DNA of 32,000 bases from Blattabacterium cuenoti (GCA_014251975.1 CP059204.1:90001-122000), one strand, 5' to 3'. Shown: positions 17,912 through 28,188, numbered from the stretch's first letter. Notes: a model not told the origin generated them from the sequence alone. Numbers and translations are program-made.

Positions 17912-18535
17912 TCATAATATTTTTTTACCTGAAAATCCAAAAATTTTTTTACTACCTCCTATTTCTACTAATGTTACTTTTTTAGTTTCTCCTGGTTCAA
18001 ATCTTATTGATCTACCAGATGGTATATCAAGTTTATATCCTTTTGTTCCTTTTCTATTAAAATTTAAATACAAATTAGTTTCATAAAAATGAAAATGAGA
18101 ACCTACTTGAATAGGTCTATTACCAGTATTATATACTATTCTTTTTATTCTAGATCGTCCAGGAAGTAAAACTATGTCTTTATCAAGTAACTTGTATTCT
18201 CCTGGTATAATATGTTTTTTTTTATTGTTTTTTTTTTTTATAGGATTATGTATAGTTACTAATTTTGTTCCATCTGGAAAAGTAGCTTCTATTTGAACAT
18301 AATTAAGAAGTTCATATACCCCTTCCATAACTTGTTCGTAATTTAAAAGATTTCTAGATTCACTAACAAGTTCTTTAACAGATTTTCCTTCACGTGCACC
18401 TTCCATAATATAATGAGTAATTAAAGCTAAAGATTCAGGATAATTTAATTTTAATCCTTTTTTTAAACGATTTTTAGCTAATTCTCCAGCCATATGAAGT
18501 AGAATTTTTTCTTTTTCATAAGAAGTTAAATGCAT
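17912..18535 (-). CDS. urease gamma-beta fusion subunit
   Basis: The 207 aa product has an N-terminal UreA-like part ([35 protein letters not shown]...[17 protein letters not shown]). [10 protein letters not shown] linker joins it to a UreB-like part (IIPGEYKL...[16 protein letters not shown]...RFEPGE). Confidence 0.9.
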   Translation of the reverse strand: MHLTSYEKEKILLHMAGELAKNRLKKGLKLNYPESLALITHYIMEGAREGKSVKELVSESRNLLNYEQVMEGVYELLNYVQIEATFPDGTKLVTIHNPIKKKNNKKKHIIPGEYKLLDKDIVLLPGRSRIKRIVYNTGNRPIQVGSHFHFYETNLYLNFNRKGTKGYKLDIPSGRSIRFEPGETKKVTLVEIGGSKKIFGFSGKKIL

Positions 18536-18736
18536 ATTTAAGTTATTTTATACAAAAAAATATTATAAAAATTTAGTTTCATAATTATATTACTTTTTTT
18601 TATAAAGTCAAAAATATTGTATATAAAATAAAGTTTAATTTTTTTTATAAAAAAAAACAAAAATTTGTCTACGCAAATTATCATTATTTTTGTTATCGTT
18701 TTATAATAATGGAAAAATTTTTAAAATATAAAAAAA

Positions 18737-20221
18737 ATGCAAGTTTTAAAATTTGGTGGAAGTTCTATCGCACATTCTAATTCTATACAAAAAATTTGTA
18801 ATTTATTAGAGAAAAAACCTATAGAACGACAATATCTAATTGTTGTATCTGCATTAGGTAATATTACTGATCAATTAATAAAATGTGGAAAATTAGCTTC
18901 TAAAAGAAAAAATACTTATAAAAATATTTTAAAAAAAATAGAAATAATACATATAAATATTATTCGCGATTTATTTACAATTAAAAATCAAAATAATTTA
19001 ATAAGTTGGATAAAAAAAAATATTAATAATTTGGAAAGTTTATGTGATGGTATATTTCAAGTAAAAAAATTATCAAAACAATCACTAGACGAAATAATGA
19101 GTTTCGGTGAATTAAGTTCTTCTTTCTTAATTTCTGAAAAATTGAGAGAACACGGTTTGGATACAATTTGTAAAGATAGTAGAGATTTAATTATCACTGA
19201 TTCTCAATTTGGATGTGCACAAGTAAATTTTATTGATAGTAACTATCATATTATTAAATTTTTTAGTAAAAAAAAACCTAAATATGTTGTATTACCAGGT
19301 TTTATAGGATCTACTAAAGAAAAAAAAACTACAACTTTAGGTAGAGGTGGATCTGACTATACTGCATCCATTTTAGCTGCGGCTACATCTGCTAATTTAT
19401 TGGAAATATGGACAGATGTAAGTGGAATTATGACAGCAAATCCTAAAATTGTTAAAAATGCTATACCTATAAAAGAAATATCTTATGAAGAGGCAATGGA
19501 ATTATCTCATTTTGGAGCAAAAGTGATTTATCCCCCAACTATACAGCCAGCCATGAAAAAAAAAATTCCTATAAAAATAAAAAATACATTTTATCCTAAT
19601 GATCCAGGGACTTTAATTTATATTGATAAAAATATTAATATAAGTAAACCAGTTACAGGAATATCAGGAATTAAAAATATATCTTTACTTATTTTAGAAG
19701 GTAACATATGTTTACCTGAATATTCTAAAAGATTATTTGAAGCCTTATTACGTGATAAAATTAATGTTATATTTATTAAACAAAGTTTTTCAAAAAATTC
19801 AATAATTACAGTAGTAATTTATGAAATGGATGTAATAAAAGCAAAAAAACTTATTAATTACGAATTTTACAAAGAAATTAATAAAAAAAAAATTAAACCA
19901 TTAAAAATAGAAAATGATCTTTGCATAATCGCTGTTGTAGGTGATAACATGAAAAATATTCATTGTACAAGTGGTAAAATATTTTCTTCTTTAGGAAGGA
20001 ACAATATTAATGTTAGAGCTATAGTTCAAGGATCAACAGAAAAAAATATATTAGCAGTTATACAAAAAAGAGATTTTGAAAAAGCTTTAAAGACTTTACA
20101 TGTAACTTTTTTTGAAAGTAAACCAAAACAAATTAATCTTTTTATATGTGGTTTAGGTAAAGTAGGAAGTACATTACTTAAACAAATAAATAAACAAAAA
20201 AATATTTATTACAAAAATTAA
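18737..20221 (+). CDS. thrA: aspartokinase (the surviving N-terminal part of a former bifunctional aspartokinase/homoserine dehydrogenase)
   Basis: The 494 aa product carries MQVLKFGGSS, GRGGSDYTA, EIWTDVSGIMTANP and two ACT-like regions. Its last roughly 30 aa (INLFICGLGKVGSTLLKQI) are the GxGxxG start of a homoserine dehydrogenase domain that then terminates prematurely. Confidence 0.85.
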   Translation: MQVLKFGGSSIAHSNSIQKICNLLEKKPIERQYLIVVSALGNITDQLIKCGKLASKRKNTYKNILKKIEIIHINIIRDLFTIKNQNNLISWIKKNINNLESLCDGIFQVKKLSKQSLDEIMSFGELSSSFLISEKLREHGLDTICKDSRDLIITDSQFGCAQVNFIDSNYHIIKFFSKKKPKYVVLPGFIGSTKEKKTTTLGRGGSDYTASILAAATSANLLEIWTDVSGIMTANPKIVKNAIPIKEISYEEAMELSHFGAKVIYPPTIQPAMKKKIPIKIKNTFYPNDPGTLIYIDKNINISKPVTGISGIKNISLLILEGNICLPEYSKRLFEALLRDKINVIFIKQSFSKNSIITVVIYEMDVIKAKKLINYEFYKEINKKKIKPLKIENDLCIIAVVGDNMKNIHCTSGKIFSSLGRNNINVRAIVQGSTEKNILAVIQKRDFEKALKTLHVTFFESKPKQINLFICGLGKVGSTLLKQINKQKNIYYKN

Positions 20222-20793
20222 AGCTTCATATAATAATTATAGGTATAGCTAATAGTAGAAAAATGTATTTCAATATACATGGAATTGATTTAAATAATTG
20301 TAGAAAAAAATTATAAAAATATGGATATTATTATGAATATTTCTTCTTTTATTAAGGAAATTTTATATTTCAATTTAAGAAATAGTTTTTTTATTTATAA
20401 TACTGCTAGTGAAAAAATTGCTATTACTTATAACAAATTTTTGAAAAATGGAGTAGGTGTAATTACATGTAATAAAATTGCTTGCTCATCAGATTATAAC
20501 AATTATAAAAATTTAAAAATTCTATCTATAAATTTTAATTCACCATTTTTATTTTAGACTAATGTAGGGGTAGTTCCCCAGTAATTAGCACTATAAACGA
20601 TTTAATAAATAGCGGGGATAAAATAAAAAAAATAGTTTCAGTTTTGTCAGGTAGTTTAAACTTTATTTTTAATTATTTTATATAAAAAATATCTTTTTTA
20701 GAAGCTGTACAAGAATCACAATTAAAAGTATTTACTGAAAACCTAGAATAGATTTAAGTTGTGTAGATGTTATGAGAAAAATTTTAATTATTT
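20203..20793 (+). pseudogene. eroded homoserine dehydrogenase domain of thrA
   Basis: HSDH-like pieces occur in three frames. They are LKLHIIIIGIANSRKMYFNIHGIDLNN (stop at 20314), NTASEKIAITYNKFLKNGVGVITCNKIACSS...SPFLF* (TAG at 20555 where Glu of FLFETNVG is expected), [32 protein letters not shown] (stop at 20683), SFLEAVQESQLKVFTE (stop at 20749) and PRIDLSCVDVMRKILII. The remnant then abuts the thyA 3' end with the C-terminus missing. Confidence 0.8.
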
Positions 20794-21591
20794 TTAAACA
20801 GCAACATCTCCTTTAATATGAGGAAATGGATTATAATTTTTTAACTTAAAATCTTTTAAAGAAAATTCAAAAATATTTTTTATATATGGATTAATAACAA
20901 TTTTTGGAAGTTTTCTAGGTATTCTTTTTATTTGTATTTTTATTTGTTTTAAATGATTATTATAAATATGAGCATCCCCTATAACATGAATTAATTCTTT
21001 TTCTTTTAAATTTAAAGTTTTAGCTAAAATAATTAGTAATAGTGAATAAGACGCAATATTATAAGGTAATCCTAAGAATATGTCAGCACTTCTTTGATAT
21101 ACTAATAATGATATTTTTTTGTTAATAACATATACTTGAAAAATTATATGACATGGAGGCAAATGCATTTCTTTTATCATTCCAACATTCCATGAAGAAA
21201 CTATTAATCTTCTTGAATTTGGATTAGATTTAATATCCTGTATAATATTACTAATTTGATCGATATATACATTATCTAAATAAGATGGCCAATTTCTCCA
21301 TTGTTTACCATATATTGGTCCAAGATTGCCTTTTTCATCAGCCCATTTATTCCAAATATTTACTTTTTTTTCTTTTAAATATCTTACATTAGTATCTCCT
21401 TTAAGGAACCATAATAATTCATATATAATAGATCGTATATTTAGTTTTTTAGTTGTTAAAAGGGGAAATCCTTCTTTCAAATTAAATCTCATTTTATGTC
21501 CAAAAATGCTAATAGTACCTATACCGGTTCTATCTTCTTTATTTATACCATGTTTTAAAACTTTTTCTAATAGATTTATATACTGCTTCAT
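20794..21591 (-). CDS. thyA: thymidylate synthase
   Basis: The 265 aa product carries [24 protein letters not shown] (catalytic Cys), [18 protein letters not shown] and GDAHIYNNH. Confidence 0.95.
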   Translation of the reverse strand: MKQYINLLEKVLKHGINKEDRTGIGTISIFGHKMRFNLKEGFPLLTTKKLNIRSIIYELLWFLKGDTNVRYLKEKKVNIWNKWADEKGNLGPIYGKQWRNWPSYLDNVYIDQISNIIQDIKSNPNSRRLIVSSWNVGMIKEMHLPPCHIIFQVYVINKKISLLVYQRSADIFLGLPYNIASYSLLLIILAKTLNLKEKELIHVIGDAHIYNNHLKQIKIQIKRIPRKLPKIVINPYIKNIFEFSLKDFKLKNYNPFPHIKGDVAV

Positions 21592-21657
21592 AAATAATGA
21601 AATAATTATTTGTTTAATTTAATTAAAAAGTATTTTTGCATAAAAAAAAATTAAAAT

Positions 21658-22593
21658 ATGAATAAAAAATTACTATTTTTTTCAACAAGAAGTGGTATGA
21701 AATTATCAAAAGATATAGCTTATCACTATGGAGAATCTCTAGGAAAAGTTGATTTTTTAGAGTTTAGTGACGGTGAATATTCACCACGTTTAGTAAAATC
21801 TGTACGAGGATATAAAGTATTTATTATAGGATCTACATTTCCTCCAGTAGATAATATTATGGAATTATTATTAATATGTGATACAGCAAAACGTGCATCA
21901 GCTTATAGTATAACACTGGTAATACCATATTTTGGATGGGCTAGACAAGATCATAAAGCTTTACCTAGAACACCTATTGCTGCAAAATTAATTGCAAATT
22001 TAATAGTAGCAGCAGGTGCAGATAGAGTAATGACTATGGATTTACATTCAGATCAAATTCAAGGATTTTTTGACATACCTGTAGATCATTTATATGCATC
22101 TAGAATATTTATTAATTATATAAAAAATAACTTAAATATTAATAAATTAACTATAGCATCTCCAGATATGGGTGGTGCTAAAAGAGCTAGAAGTTATGCT
22201 GGATATTTAGGGACTGACGTAGTAATTTGTTATAAAGAAAGAAAAAAGGCAAATGAAATAGAATTTATGAATTTAATAGGTAATGTTAAATCAAAAAATA
22301 TAATTTTAATAGATGATATGGTAGATACAGCTGGAACTTTAACAGAAGCTGCAAATTTGATAAAAAAAAAGGGTGCTAAAAGTGTTAGAGCTATAGCTAC
22401 TCATCCAGTTTTATCAGGTAATTCATATAAAAATATAGAATCTTCTTCTTTAGAAGAATTAGTAGTTACAGATACTATCCCATTGAAAAAAAAAATATCT
22501 AAAATTAAAGTATTATCTTGTTCTTATCTTTTTGCAGAAGTTATGCAATCAGTTCAAAAAAATGAATCAATTAGTAACAAGTTTATTATATGA
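21658..22593 (+). CDS. prs: ribose-phosphate pyrophosphokinase
   Basis: The 311 aa product carries PYFGWARQD, DLHSDQIQGFFDIPVDHL and the PRPP-binding loop ILIDDMVDTAGT. Confidence 0.95.
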   Translation: MNKKLLFFSTRSGMKLSKDIAYHYGESLGKVDFLEFSDGEYSPRLVKSVRGYKVFIIGSTFPPVDNIMELLLICDTAKRASAYSITLVIPYFGWARQDHKALPRTPIAAKLIANLIVAAGADRVMTMDLHSDQIQGFFDIPVDHLYASRIFINYIKNNLNINKLTIASPDMGGAKRARSYAGYLGTDVVICYKERKKANEIEFMNLIGNVKSKNIILIDDMVDTAGTLTEAANLIKKKGAKSVRAIATHPVLSGNSYKNIESSSLEELVVTDTIPLKKKISKIKVLSCSYLFAEVMQSVQKNESISNKFII

Positions 22594-23195
22594 AATATAT
22601 AACTATATATGGTAAAAAAAGGAATATTGGTAAAAAATATATTAGTTCTATTAGATCAAATAATTATATTCCATGTATTGTATACTGTAAGAATATAAAT
22701 ATACCTTTTTTTACATTAAAAAATAACTTACAAAAAATATTATATAGAAAAGAAGTTTTTGGATTTATTATAAATATAGAAGGAAAAAATAATAATATAA
22801 AAGCTATAAAAAAAGAAATACAATTAAATCCTGTTAATAATAACATACTGCATGTAGACTTTTATAAAATTAACGAATTAATACCAATTATATTAGAAAT
22901 ACCTATAAAATTTTTTGGTAGACCAATAGGAGTAACTAAGGGTGGAGAATATTATTCTCCTATAAAAAAATTAAAAATAAAGGCATTAGTACGTAATATA
23001 CCAAATTATATTGAATTAAATATTAGTCACCTAGATATAGGTGATCGTATATATTCAGTAAATTTAAAAAATGAAAAATATAAAATTTTGAATCCCGATG
23101 ATACTTTAATAGCTAGTGTAAAAACTTCTAGATCTAATAAAATTACTTCTCAAGAAGAAGTAAATAAAAATATAGAAAAAGAAGAAAAAAAATAG
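22590..23195 (+). CDS. rplY: 50S ribosomal protein L25/general stress protein Ctc
   Basis: The 201 aa product has the L25 N-terminal domain pattern (IPCIVY...LHVDFYKI) and the Ctc-type C-terminal domain. An acidic/basic tail follows. Its start overlaps the prs stop (ATGA). Confidence 0.8.
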   Translation: MKYITIYGKKRNIGKKYISSIRSNNYIPCIVYCKNINIPFFTLKNNLQKILYRKEVFGFIINIEGKNNNIKAIKKEIQLNPVNNNILHVDFYKINELIPIILEIPIKFFGRPIGVTKGGEYYSPIKKLKIKALVRNIPNYIELNISHLDIGDRIYSVNLKNEKYKILNPDDTLIASVKTSRSNKITSQEEVNKNIEKEEKK

Positions 23196-23208
23196 ATATA
23201 TATAATTA

Positions 23209-23661
23209 ATGAGTTATAAATATGAGTTTTTTATGAAAATTGCTTTGAAAGAAGCAATTATTGCTTTTAAAAAAAATGAAGTACCTATTGGTGCTGTAAT
23301 AACATATAAAAATATAATAATAGCAAAAACTCACAATCTAACTGAAACAATGAATAATAGTATAGCACATGCTGAAATTTTAGCTATAAGTTCAGCTACT
23401 AAATATTTAGGGGTAAAGTACATAAGAAAATGTACTATGTATGTTACCCTAGAACCTTGTATAATGTGCGCTGGAGCATTATTTTGGTCAAAAATAGGTA
23501 AAATTGTTTGTGGTGCTTCAGCTATTGATAATAATAAAAGCTTTTTATACAATGGTATTAAATTACATCCTAAAACTATATATATATCTGGTATAATGAA
23601 AAATCAATGTATTTCTATAATAAAAAATTTTTTTCTTTTTAAAAGAATAAAAAAGCTTTAA
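23209..23661 (+). CDS. tadA: tRNA adenosine(34) deaminase
   Basis: The 150 aa product carries FMKIALKEA, VPIGAVI, AHAEILAI and TLEPCIMCAGAL, which together form the CDA zinc motifs in the TadA arrangement. Confidence 0.85.
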   Translation: MSYKYEFFMKIALKEAIIAFKKNEVPIGAVITYKNIIIAKTHNLTETMNNSIAHAEILAISSATKYLGVKYIRKCTMYVTLEPCIMCAGALFWSKIGKIVCGASAIDNNKSFLYNGIKLHPKTIYISGIMKNQCISIIKNFFLFKRIKKL

Positions 23662-23672
23662 TAAACTTTAAT

Positions 23673-24311
23673 TCATTTTTTCCATAATTTTAATATTATA
23701 GGTAAAGTAGTAATAAAAATTATTAATAAAATTATCCATTCCAAATGATTTTTTAATTCAGGAATACTTTTATCTAAATAATGTCCTGCTGACATAATAG
23801 AAAATGTCCATATTAAAGCACCAATTATGTTATATATCATAAATTTTTTAAAATTTATACGTATTGCTCCCGCTACTATAGGAGCAAATGTTCTAAATAT
23901 TGGTAGGAATCGGCTTAAAATTAATGCTGTTGTGTTATACTTTTTATAAAAAAGTCTTGCCATAATAAAATGTTTTTTTTTAAAAAAAAATGAATCTTTT
24001 TTTTTATATAATAATTTTCCAGATTTATATCCTAACCAATATCCTTGTATATTACCTAAAATTGCAGATAGTGCAACAATCAAAATAATTATAAAAAAAG
24101 GTACATTATAAAAGTTTTTACATAAATCTTCTCCAAAGATACCAGCAGTAAATAATAAAGAATCTCCAGGTAAAAAAAATCCAATAAAAAATCCAGTTTC
24201 TGCAAAAACAATAGATATAAGAATTAATAATGCTGTATTACCGAAATATAGAAAAATCCATCTTGGGTTAAATAAATGTTGAATAATCTGCCACAATTTA
24301 AATGCTTTCAC
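23673..24311 (-). CDS. DedA/VTT-domain family membrane protein
   Basis: The 212 aa polytopic protein carries FAETGFFIGFFLPGDSLLF and SRFLPIFRTFAPIVAGA, which are characteristic of DedA. Confidence 0.8.
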   Translation of the reverse strand: MKAFKLWQIIQHLFNPRWIFLYFGNTALLILISIVFAETGFFIGFFLPGDSLLFTAGIFGEDLCKNFYNVPFFIIILIVALSAILGNIQGYWLGYKSGKLLYKKKDSFFFKKKHFIMARLFYKKYNTTALILSRFLPIFRTFAPIVAGAIRINFKKFMIYNIIGALIWTFSIMSAGHYLDKSIPELKNHLEWIILLIIFITTLPIILKLWKK

Positions 24312-24390
24312 TTTTTATTTTTTTTATATTGAAAAAAAATGAATTTTCAAAAGAATATTATATTTTTTATAACAAACATAAGTTACATTT

Positions 24391-24510
24391 ATGGATTATT
24401 TACTCAAATTTATCGATATTTTAGGATGGATCCCTAATATATTTTTTTTAATTATAGGTTTAATTTTTATGATTTTTTGGTTATATAGAATATTTTATTT
24501 TACTAATTAA
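24391..24510 (+). CDS. candidate 39 aa single-TM small protein (unannotated in the ORF track)
   Basis: My own translation gives MDYLLKFIDILGWIPNIFFLIIGLIFMIFWLYRIFYFTN*. It fills an otherwise empty 220 nt spacer upstream of aroB on the same strand. There is no homology evidence. Confidence 0.3.
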   Translation: MDYLLKFIDILGWIPNIFFLIIGLIFMIFWLYRIFYFTN

Positions 24511-24532
24511 TTTATAATCAATATAATATATA

Positions 24533-25600
24533 ATGAATCAAATTGAAAACATAATTTTTTTCGATAAAGTAGCATATAAAAAATTAAAACATTATTTATT
24601 AAATAATATAGATACTATAAATAATGTATTTATTTTATTGGATAATTATACAAAAATACACTGTTTACCAATTCTTTATGATAAAATTGATTTTTTAAAA
24701 AAATCCAATATTATTGAAATAAAATCTGGAGAAAAAAAAAAAAATATTTATACATGCATAGAAATATTTAAAAAATTAGAAGAATTAAAAGGTAATAGAA
24801 AAAGTTTAATCCTAAATTTAGGAGGTGGTGTAGTTACTGATATTGGTGGCTTTGTTGCATCGATATTTAAAAGAGGTATACGTTTTATAAATATACCAAC
24901 TACTCTTTTGGGTATGGTAGATGCATCTATAGGATATAAAAATGGAGTTAATTTAAATTATATAAAAAATGTAATAGGATCTTTTAATGTACCAGATATG
25001 TTAATTATTGATACAAATTTTTTAAAAACATTATCTAAATATGAAATTTTTTCTGGAATTGCAGAAATGTTTAAACATGGATTAATAGCAGATAAAAATT
25101 ACTGGAATGAAATGAAAAATAAATATTTATACATACAAAATGATAATGTAGAGATAGCTAATTATTTAATATATAAATCTATTATTATAAAACAAAAAAT
25201 AGTTAATAAAGATCCAAAAGAAAATGGATTAAGAAAAATTTTAAATTTTGGGCACACTATAGGACATGCATTAGAAAGTTACTTAATGAATAAAAAAAAA
25301 ATTTCACATGGTATAGCTATAGCATTAGGAATGATTTATGAATCATGGATATCGTTAGAAAAAAATGGATTATCTAAAAAAGATTATAATGAAATTAAAT
25401 TTTTTTTATCTGATTTATATTCAATAAATAAAATATTTTCTAATTCAGAAATTGAAATTATTTATTCAATTATTAAATATGATAAAAAAAATGAAAATAA
25501 TAATATTTATTTTTCATTATTAAATAAAATAGGAGTATGTTCTTATAATTGTGAAGTATCTTTTAATATAATAAAAAATAGTTTATTACATAGATTTTAA
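24533..25600 (+). CDS. aroB: 3-dehydroquinate synthase
   Basis: The 355 aa product carries LGGGVVTDIGGFVAS, IPTTLLGMVDASIG, LNFGHTIGHALE and HGIAIALGM. Confidence 0.9.
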   Translation: MNQIENIIFFDKVAYKKLKHYLLNNIDTINNVFILLDNYTKIHCLPILYDKIDFLKKSNIIEIKSGEKKKNIYTCIEIFKKLEELKGNRKSLILNLGGGVVTDIGGFVASIFKRGIRFINIPTTLLGMVDASIGYKNGVNLNYIKNVIGSFNVPDMLIIDTNFLKTLSKYEIFSGIAEMFKHGLIADKNYWNEMKNKYLYIQNDNVEIANYLIYKSIIIKQKIVNKDPKENGLRKILNFGHTIGHALESYLMNKKKISHGIAIALGMIYESWISLEKNGLSKKDYNEIKFFLSDLYSINKIFSNSEIEIIYSIIKYDKKNENNNIYFSLLNKIGVCSYNCEVSFNIIKNSLLHRF

Positions 25601-25640
25601 ATATTTAATTAATTAATATAAATTACTAATTTTAAAAAAA

Positions 25641-28094
25641 ATGTGTGAAAAAAAAAAAATTATATTAATAAATATAGAAGATGAAATGAAATCATCTTAT
25701 ATAGATTATTCAATGTCTGTTATTATTTCTAGGGCTCTACCTGATATTAGAGATGGGTTAAAACCTGTACATAGAAGAGTACTTTATGGAATGTATAAAT
25801 TAGGTATTTTTTCAAATAGTTCGTACAAAAAATCTGCAAGAATTGTAGGTGAAGTCTTAGGTAAATTTCATCCACATGGAGATGTTTCTGTATATGATAC
25901 TATGGTACGTATGGCACAAAAATGGATATTTCGTTACCCTTTAATAGATGGACAAGGAAATTTTGGTTCTTTAGATGCTGATCCCCCTGCAGCTATGCGG
26001 TATACAGAAGTTAAAATGAAAAAAATATCTGAAGAAATGTTATTAGATATTAAAAAAAATACAGTAGATATGAAATTTAATTTTGATGATACATTAAAGG
26101 AACCTACAGTACTTCCTACACGTATACCTAATATTTTAATTAATGGTTCTTCTGGAATTGCAGTAGGTATGGCTACTAATATACCTCCTCATAATATAAA
26201 AGAAACAATAGATGCTATATGTGCATATATAGATAGTAATAATAGTTTATCTATAGATGAAATTATGAAATATATTAAAGCTCCCGATTTTCCAACTGGG
26301 GGTATTATTTATGGATATAAAGGTGTTAAAGATTATTTTAAAACTGGTAAGGGCCGTATTGTATTACGTGCAAAAACTCATTTAGAAAAAATTAATGGGA
26401 GACAATGTATTATAGTAGATGAAATACCTTATCAAGTTAATAAATCTGAAATGATATCAAAAACAGTAGGATTAGTAAAAGAAGGTAAGATAGAAGGTAT
26501 TTATCAAATTAGAGATGAATCAGATAGAAAAGGATTACGTATTGTATACATTCTAAAACAAAATACTAATCATAATGTATTATTAAATAAATTATTTAAA
26601 TATACACAATTACAAAATTATTTTAATGTTAACATGATAGCACTTTCAAATGGTATGCCTGTACAATTAAATTTAAAATATGTTATACAAAAATTTTTAG
26701 ATCATAGAAACGAAATAATTATTAAACGTACTAAATATGATAGAGATAAATATAAATTTAGAGTTCATATTTTGGAAGGGTTTTTAAAAACATTAGATGA
26801 TATAAAAATTATAATAAATTTAATTAAAAAATCAAAAAATAAAGATCATGCTAATTATCAATTAATAAATAAATTTAATATATCTGAAAACCAATCTAAA
26901 TATATATTAGATCTTCGTTTACAAAATTTGACATCTTTAGAACAAGATAAAATAAGAAAAGAACATATTTTTTTATCTAAAAAAATTAAATTTTTGGAAA
27001 AAGTTTTAGTTGATAATTCAATAAGAACAAAAATAATAAAAGAAGAATTGATAAATATTAAAAATAAATATAATGATATTAGAAGAACAAAAATAGATTA
27101 TTACGGTAATGAATTTAATATAGAAGACTTAATTGAAAATAAACAAGTTGTTTTAACAATCTCTAATGTAGGTTACATTAAAAGAACATCTTTATCGGAA
27201 TACAAACTTCAAGGTAGAGGTGGAGTAGGGAATAGAGGTGCTATTGTATCAAAAGAATCAGATTATTTTAAACATTTATTAGTAGCTACTAATCATCAAC
27301 ATTTACTTTTATTTACAAAAAAAGGTAAATGTTTTTGGTTAAGAGTATATGAAATACCAGAAGGATCAAAAATATCTAAAGGAAGAGCGATTCAAAATAT
27401 AATTAATATTAATACATATGATAAAGTAAATGCATATATTTTGGCAGAAAATATAAGAAATATAAAATATATTAAAGATTATTCAGTTATAATGGTTACT
27501 AAAAAGGGTATCATTAAAAAAACTTCATTAGAACATTATTCACGTCCTAGGAAATATGGAATTAATGCAATAGTGATAAGAGAAGGAGATTCTTTACTAG
27601 AAGCACTACTAACTAAAGTTAATAATCATATTTTTATAGCTTTAAAAAGTGGTAGAGTAATACGTTTTTTAGAGAAAAAAGTTAGAAAAACAGGTAGAAA
27701 CTCTTCTGGTGTTATAGCAATTAATTCTACAATTAAAAATGATGAAGTTATTGGTATGATTTGTGTAGAAGAAAATAATTTAGAACAAGGACAATTGTTA
27801 GTAGTTTCAGAAAAAGGATTTGGTAAAAGATCTAATTTTAAAAATTATAGAGTTACTAATCGTGGAGGTAAAGGGATTAAAACAATAAATATAACAAAAA
27901 AAACAGGAGGGTTAATTTTTGTAAAATATGTTACAGATAAAGACGATTTAATGATTATTAAAAAATCAGGTGTAATAATACGTATTCCTGTATCAGAAAT
28001 AAGAGTTATGGGAAGAACTACACAAGGTGTACGATTGATTAATATGAAAAAAAATGATGTAATAGCTGATGTTGAAAAAGTATATAATATATAA
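25641..28094 (+). CDS. gyrA: DNA gyrase subunit A
   Basis: The 817 aa product carries [44 protein letters not shown] and AAMRYTE (catalytic Tyr). C-terminal beta-pinwheel repeats follow. Confidence 0.97.
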   Translation: MCEKKKIILINIEDEMKSSYIDYSMSVIISRALPDIRDGLKPVHRRVLYGMYKLGIFSNSSYKKSARIVGEVLGKFHPHGDVSVYDTMVRMAQKWIFRYPLIDGQGNFGSLDADPPAAMRYTEVKMKKISEEMLLDIKKNTVDMKFNFDDTLKEPTVLPTRIPNILINGSSGIAVGMATNIPPHNIKETIDAICAYIDSNNSLSIDEIMKYIKAPDFPTGGIIYGYKGVKDYFKTGKGRIVLRAKTHLEKINGRQCIIVDEIPYQVNKSEMISKTVGLVKEGKIEGIYQIRDESDRKGLRIVYILKQNTNHNVLLNKLFKYTQLQNYFNVNMIALSNGMPVQLNLKYVIQKFLDHRNEIIIKRTKYDRDKYKFRVHILEGFLKTLDDIKIIINLIKKSKNKDHANYQLINKFNISENQSKYILDLRLQNLTSLEQDKIRKEHIFLSKKIKFLEKVLVDNSIRTKIIKEELINIKNKYNDIRRTKIDYYGNEFNIEDLIENKQVVLTISNVGYIKRTSLSEYKLQGRGGVGNRGAIVSKESDYFKHLLVATNHQHLLLFTKKGKCFWLRVYEIPEGSKISKGRAIQNIININTYDKVNAYILAENIRNIKYIKDYSVIMVTKKGIIKKTSLEHYSRPRKYGINAIVIREGDSLLEALLTKVNNHIFIALKSGRVIRFLEKKVRKTGRNSSGVIAINSTIKNDEVIGMICVEENNLEQGQLLVVSEKGFGKRSNFKNYRVTNRGGKGIKTINITKKTGGLIFVKYVTDKDDLMIIKKSGVIIRIPVSEIRVMGRTTQGVRLINMKKNDVIADVEKVYNI

Positions 28095-28120
28095 ATATTA
28101 AAAGTATACTTATTTTTTAT

Positions 28121-28152
28121 TTAATAAATTAACACATTTATTAATTTTTTTT
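28121..28152 (+). terminator. possible intrinsic terminator after gyrA (A/T-only hairpin followed by a T8 run)
   Basis: TTAATAAAT (28121-28129), loop taacac, ATTTATTAA (28136-28144), then TTTTTTTT (28145-28152). It lies 27 nt after the gyrA stop. The stem has no G-C pairs, so its stability is doubtful. Confidence 0.3.
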
Positions 28153-28188
28153 ATTAAGAATATTATAATAGTATATTTTACAATTTAT

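Noticed and set aside
17905-17940. Extended ureC start (583 aa [16 protein letters not shown]...) overlapping ureAB by 29 nt
   Set aside because: Canonical UreC proteins begin at the equivalent of the internal Met ([16 protein letters not shown]...). The extra 12 codons have no counterpart that I know of and create an overlap. I kept them only as an alternative start.
20321-20557. 78 aa ORF that could be called an independent small gene
   Set aside because: Its sequence (NTASEKIAITYNKFLKNGVGVITCNKIACSS...SPFLF) is the NAD-binding/central part of homoserine dehydrogenase. It ends in a TAG where the conserved Glu of FLFETNVG should be. It is one fragment of the decayed thrA C-terminal domain, not a gene.
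21326-21622. 98 aa ORF on the plus strand
   Set aside because: It lies antisense inside thyA and has a low-complexity composition.
22664-22846. 60 aa ORF on the minus strand
   Set aside because: It lies antisense inside rplY (L25/Ctc) and has no motif.
23331-23552. 73 aa ORF on the minus strand
   Set aside because: It lies antisense inside tadA and has no motif.
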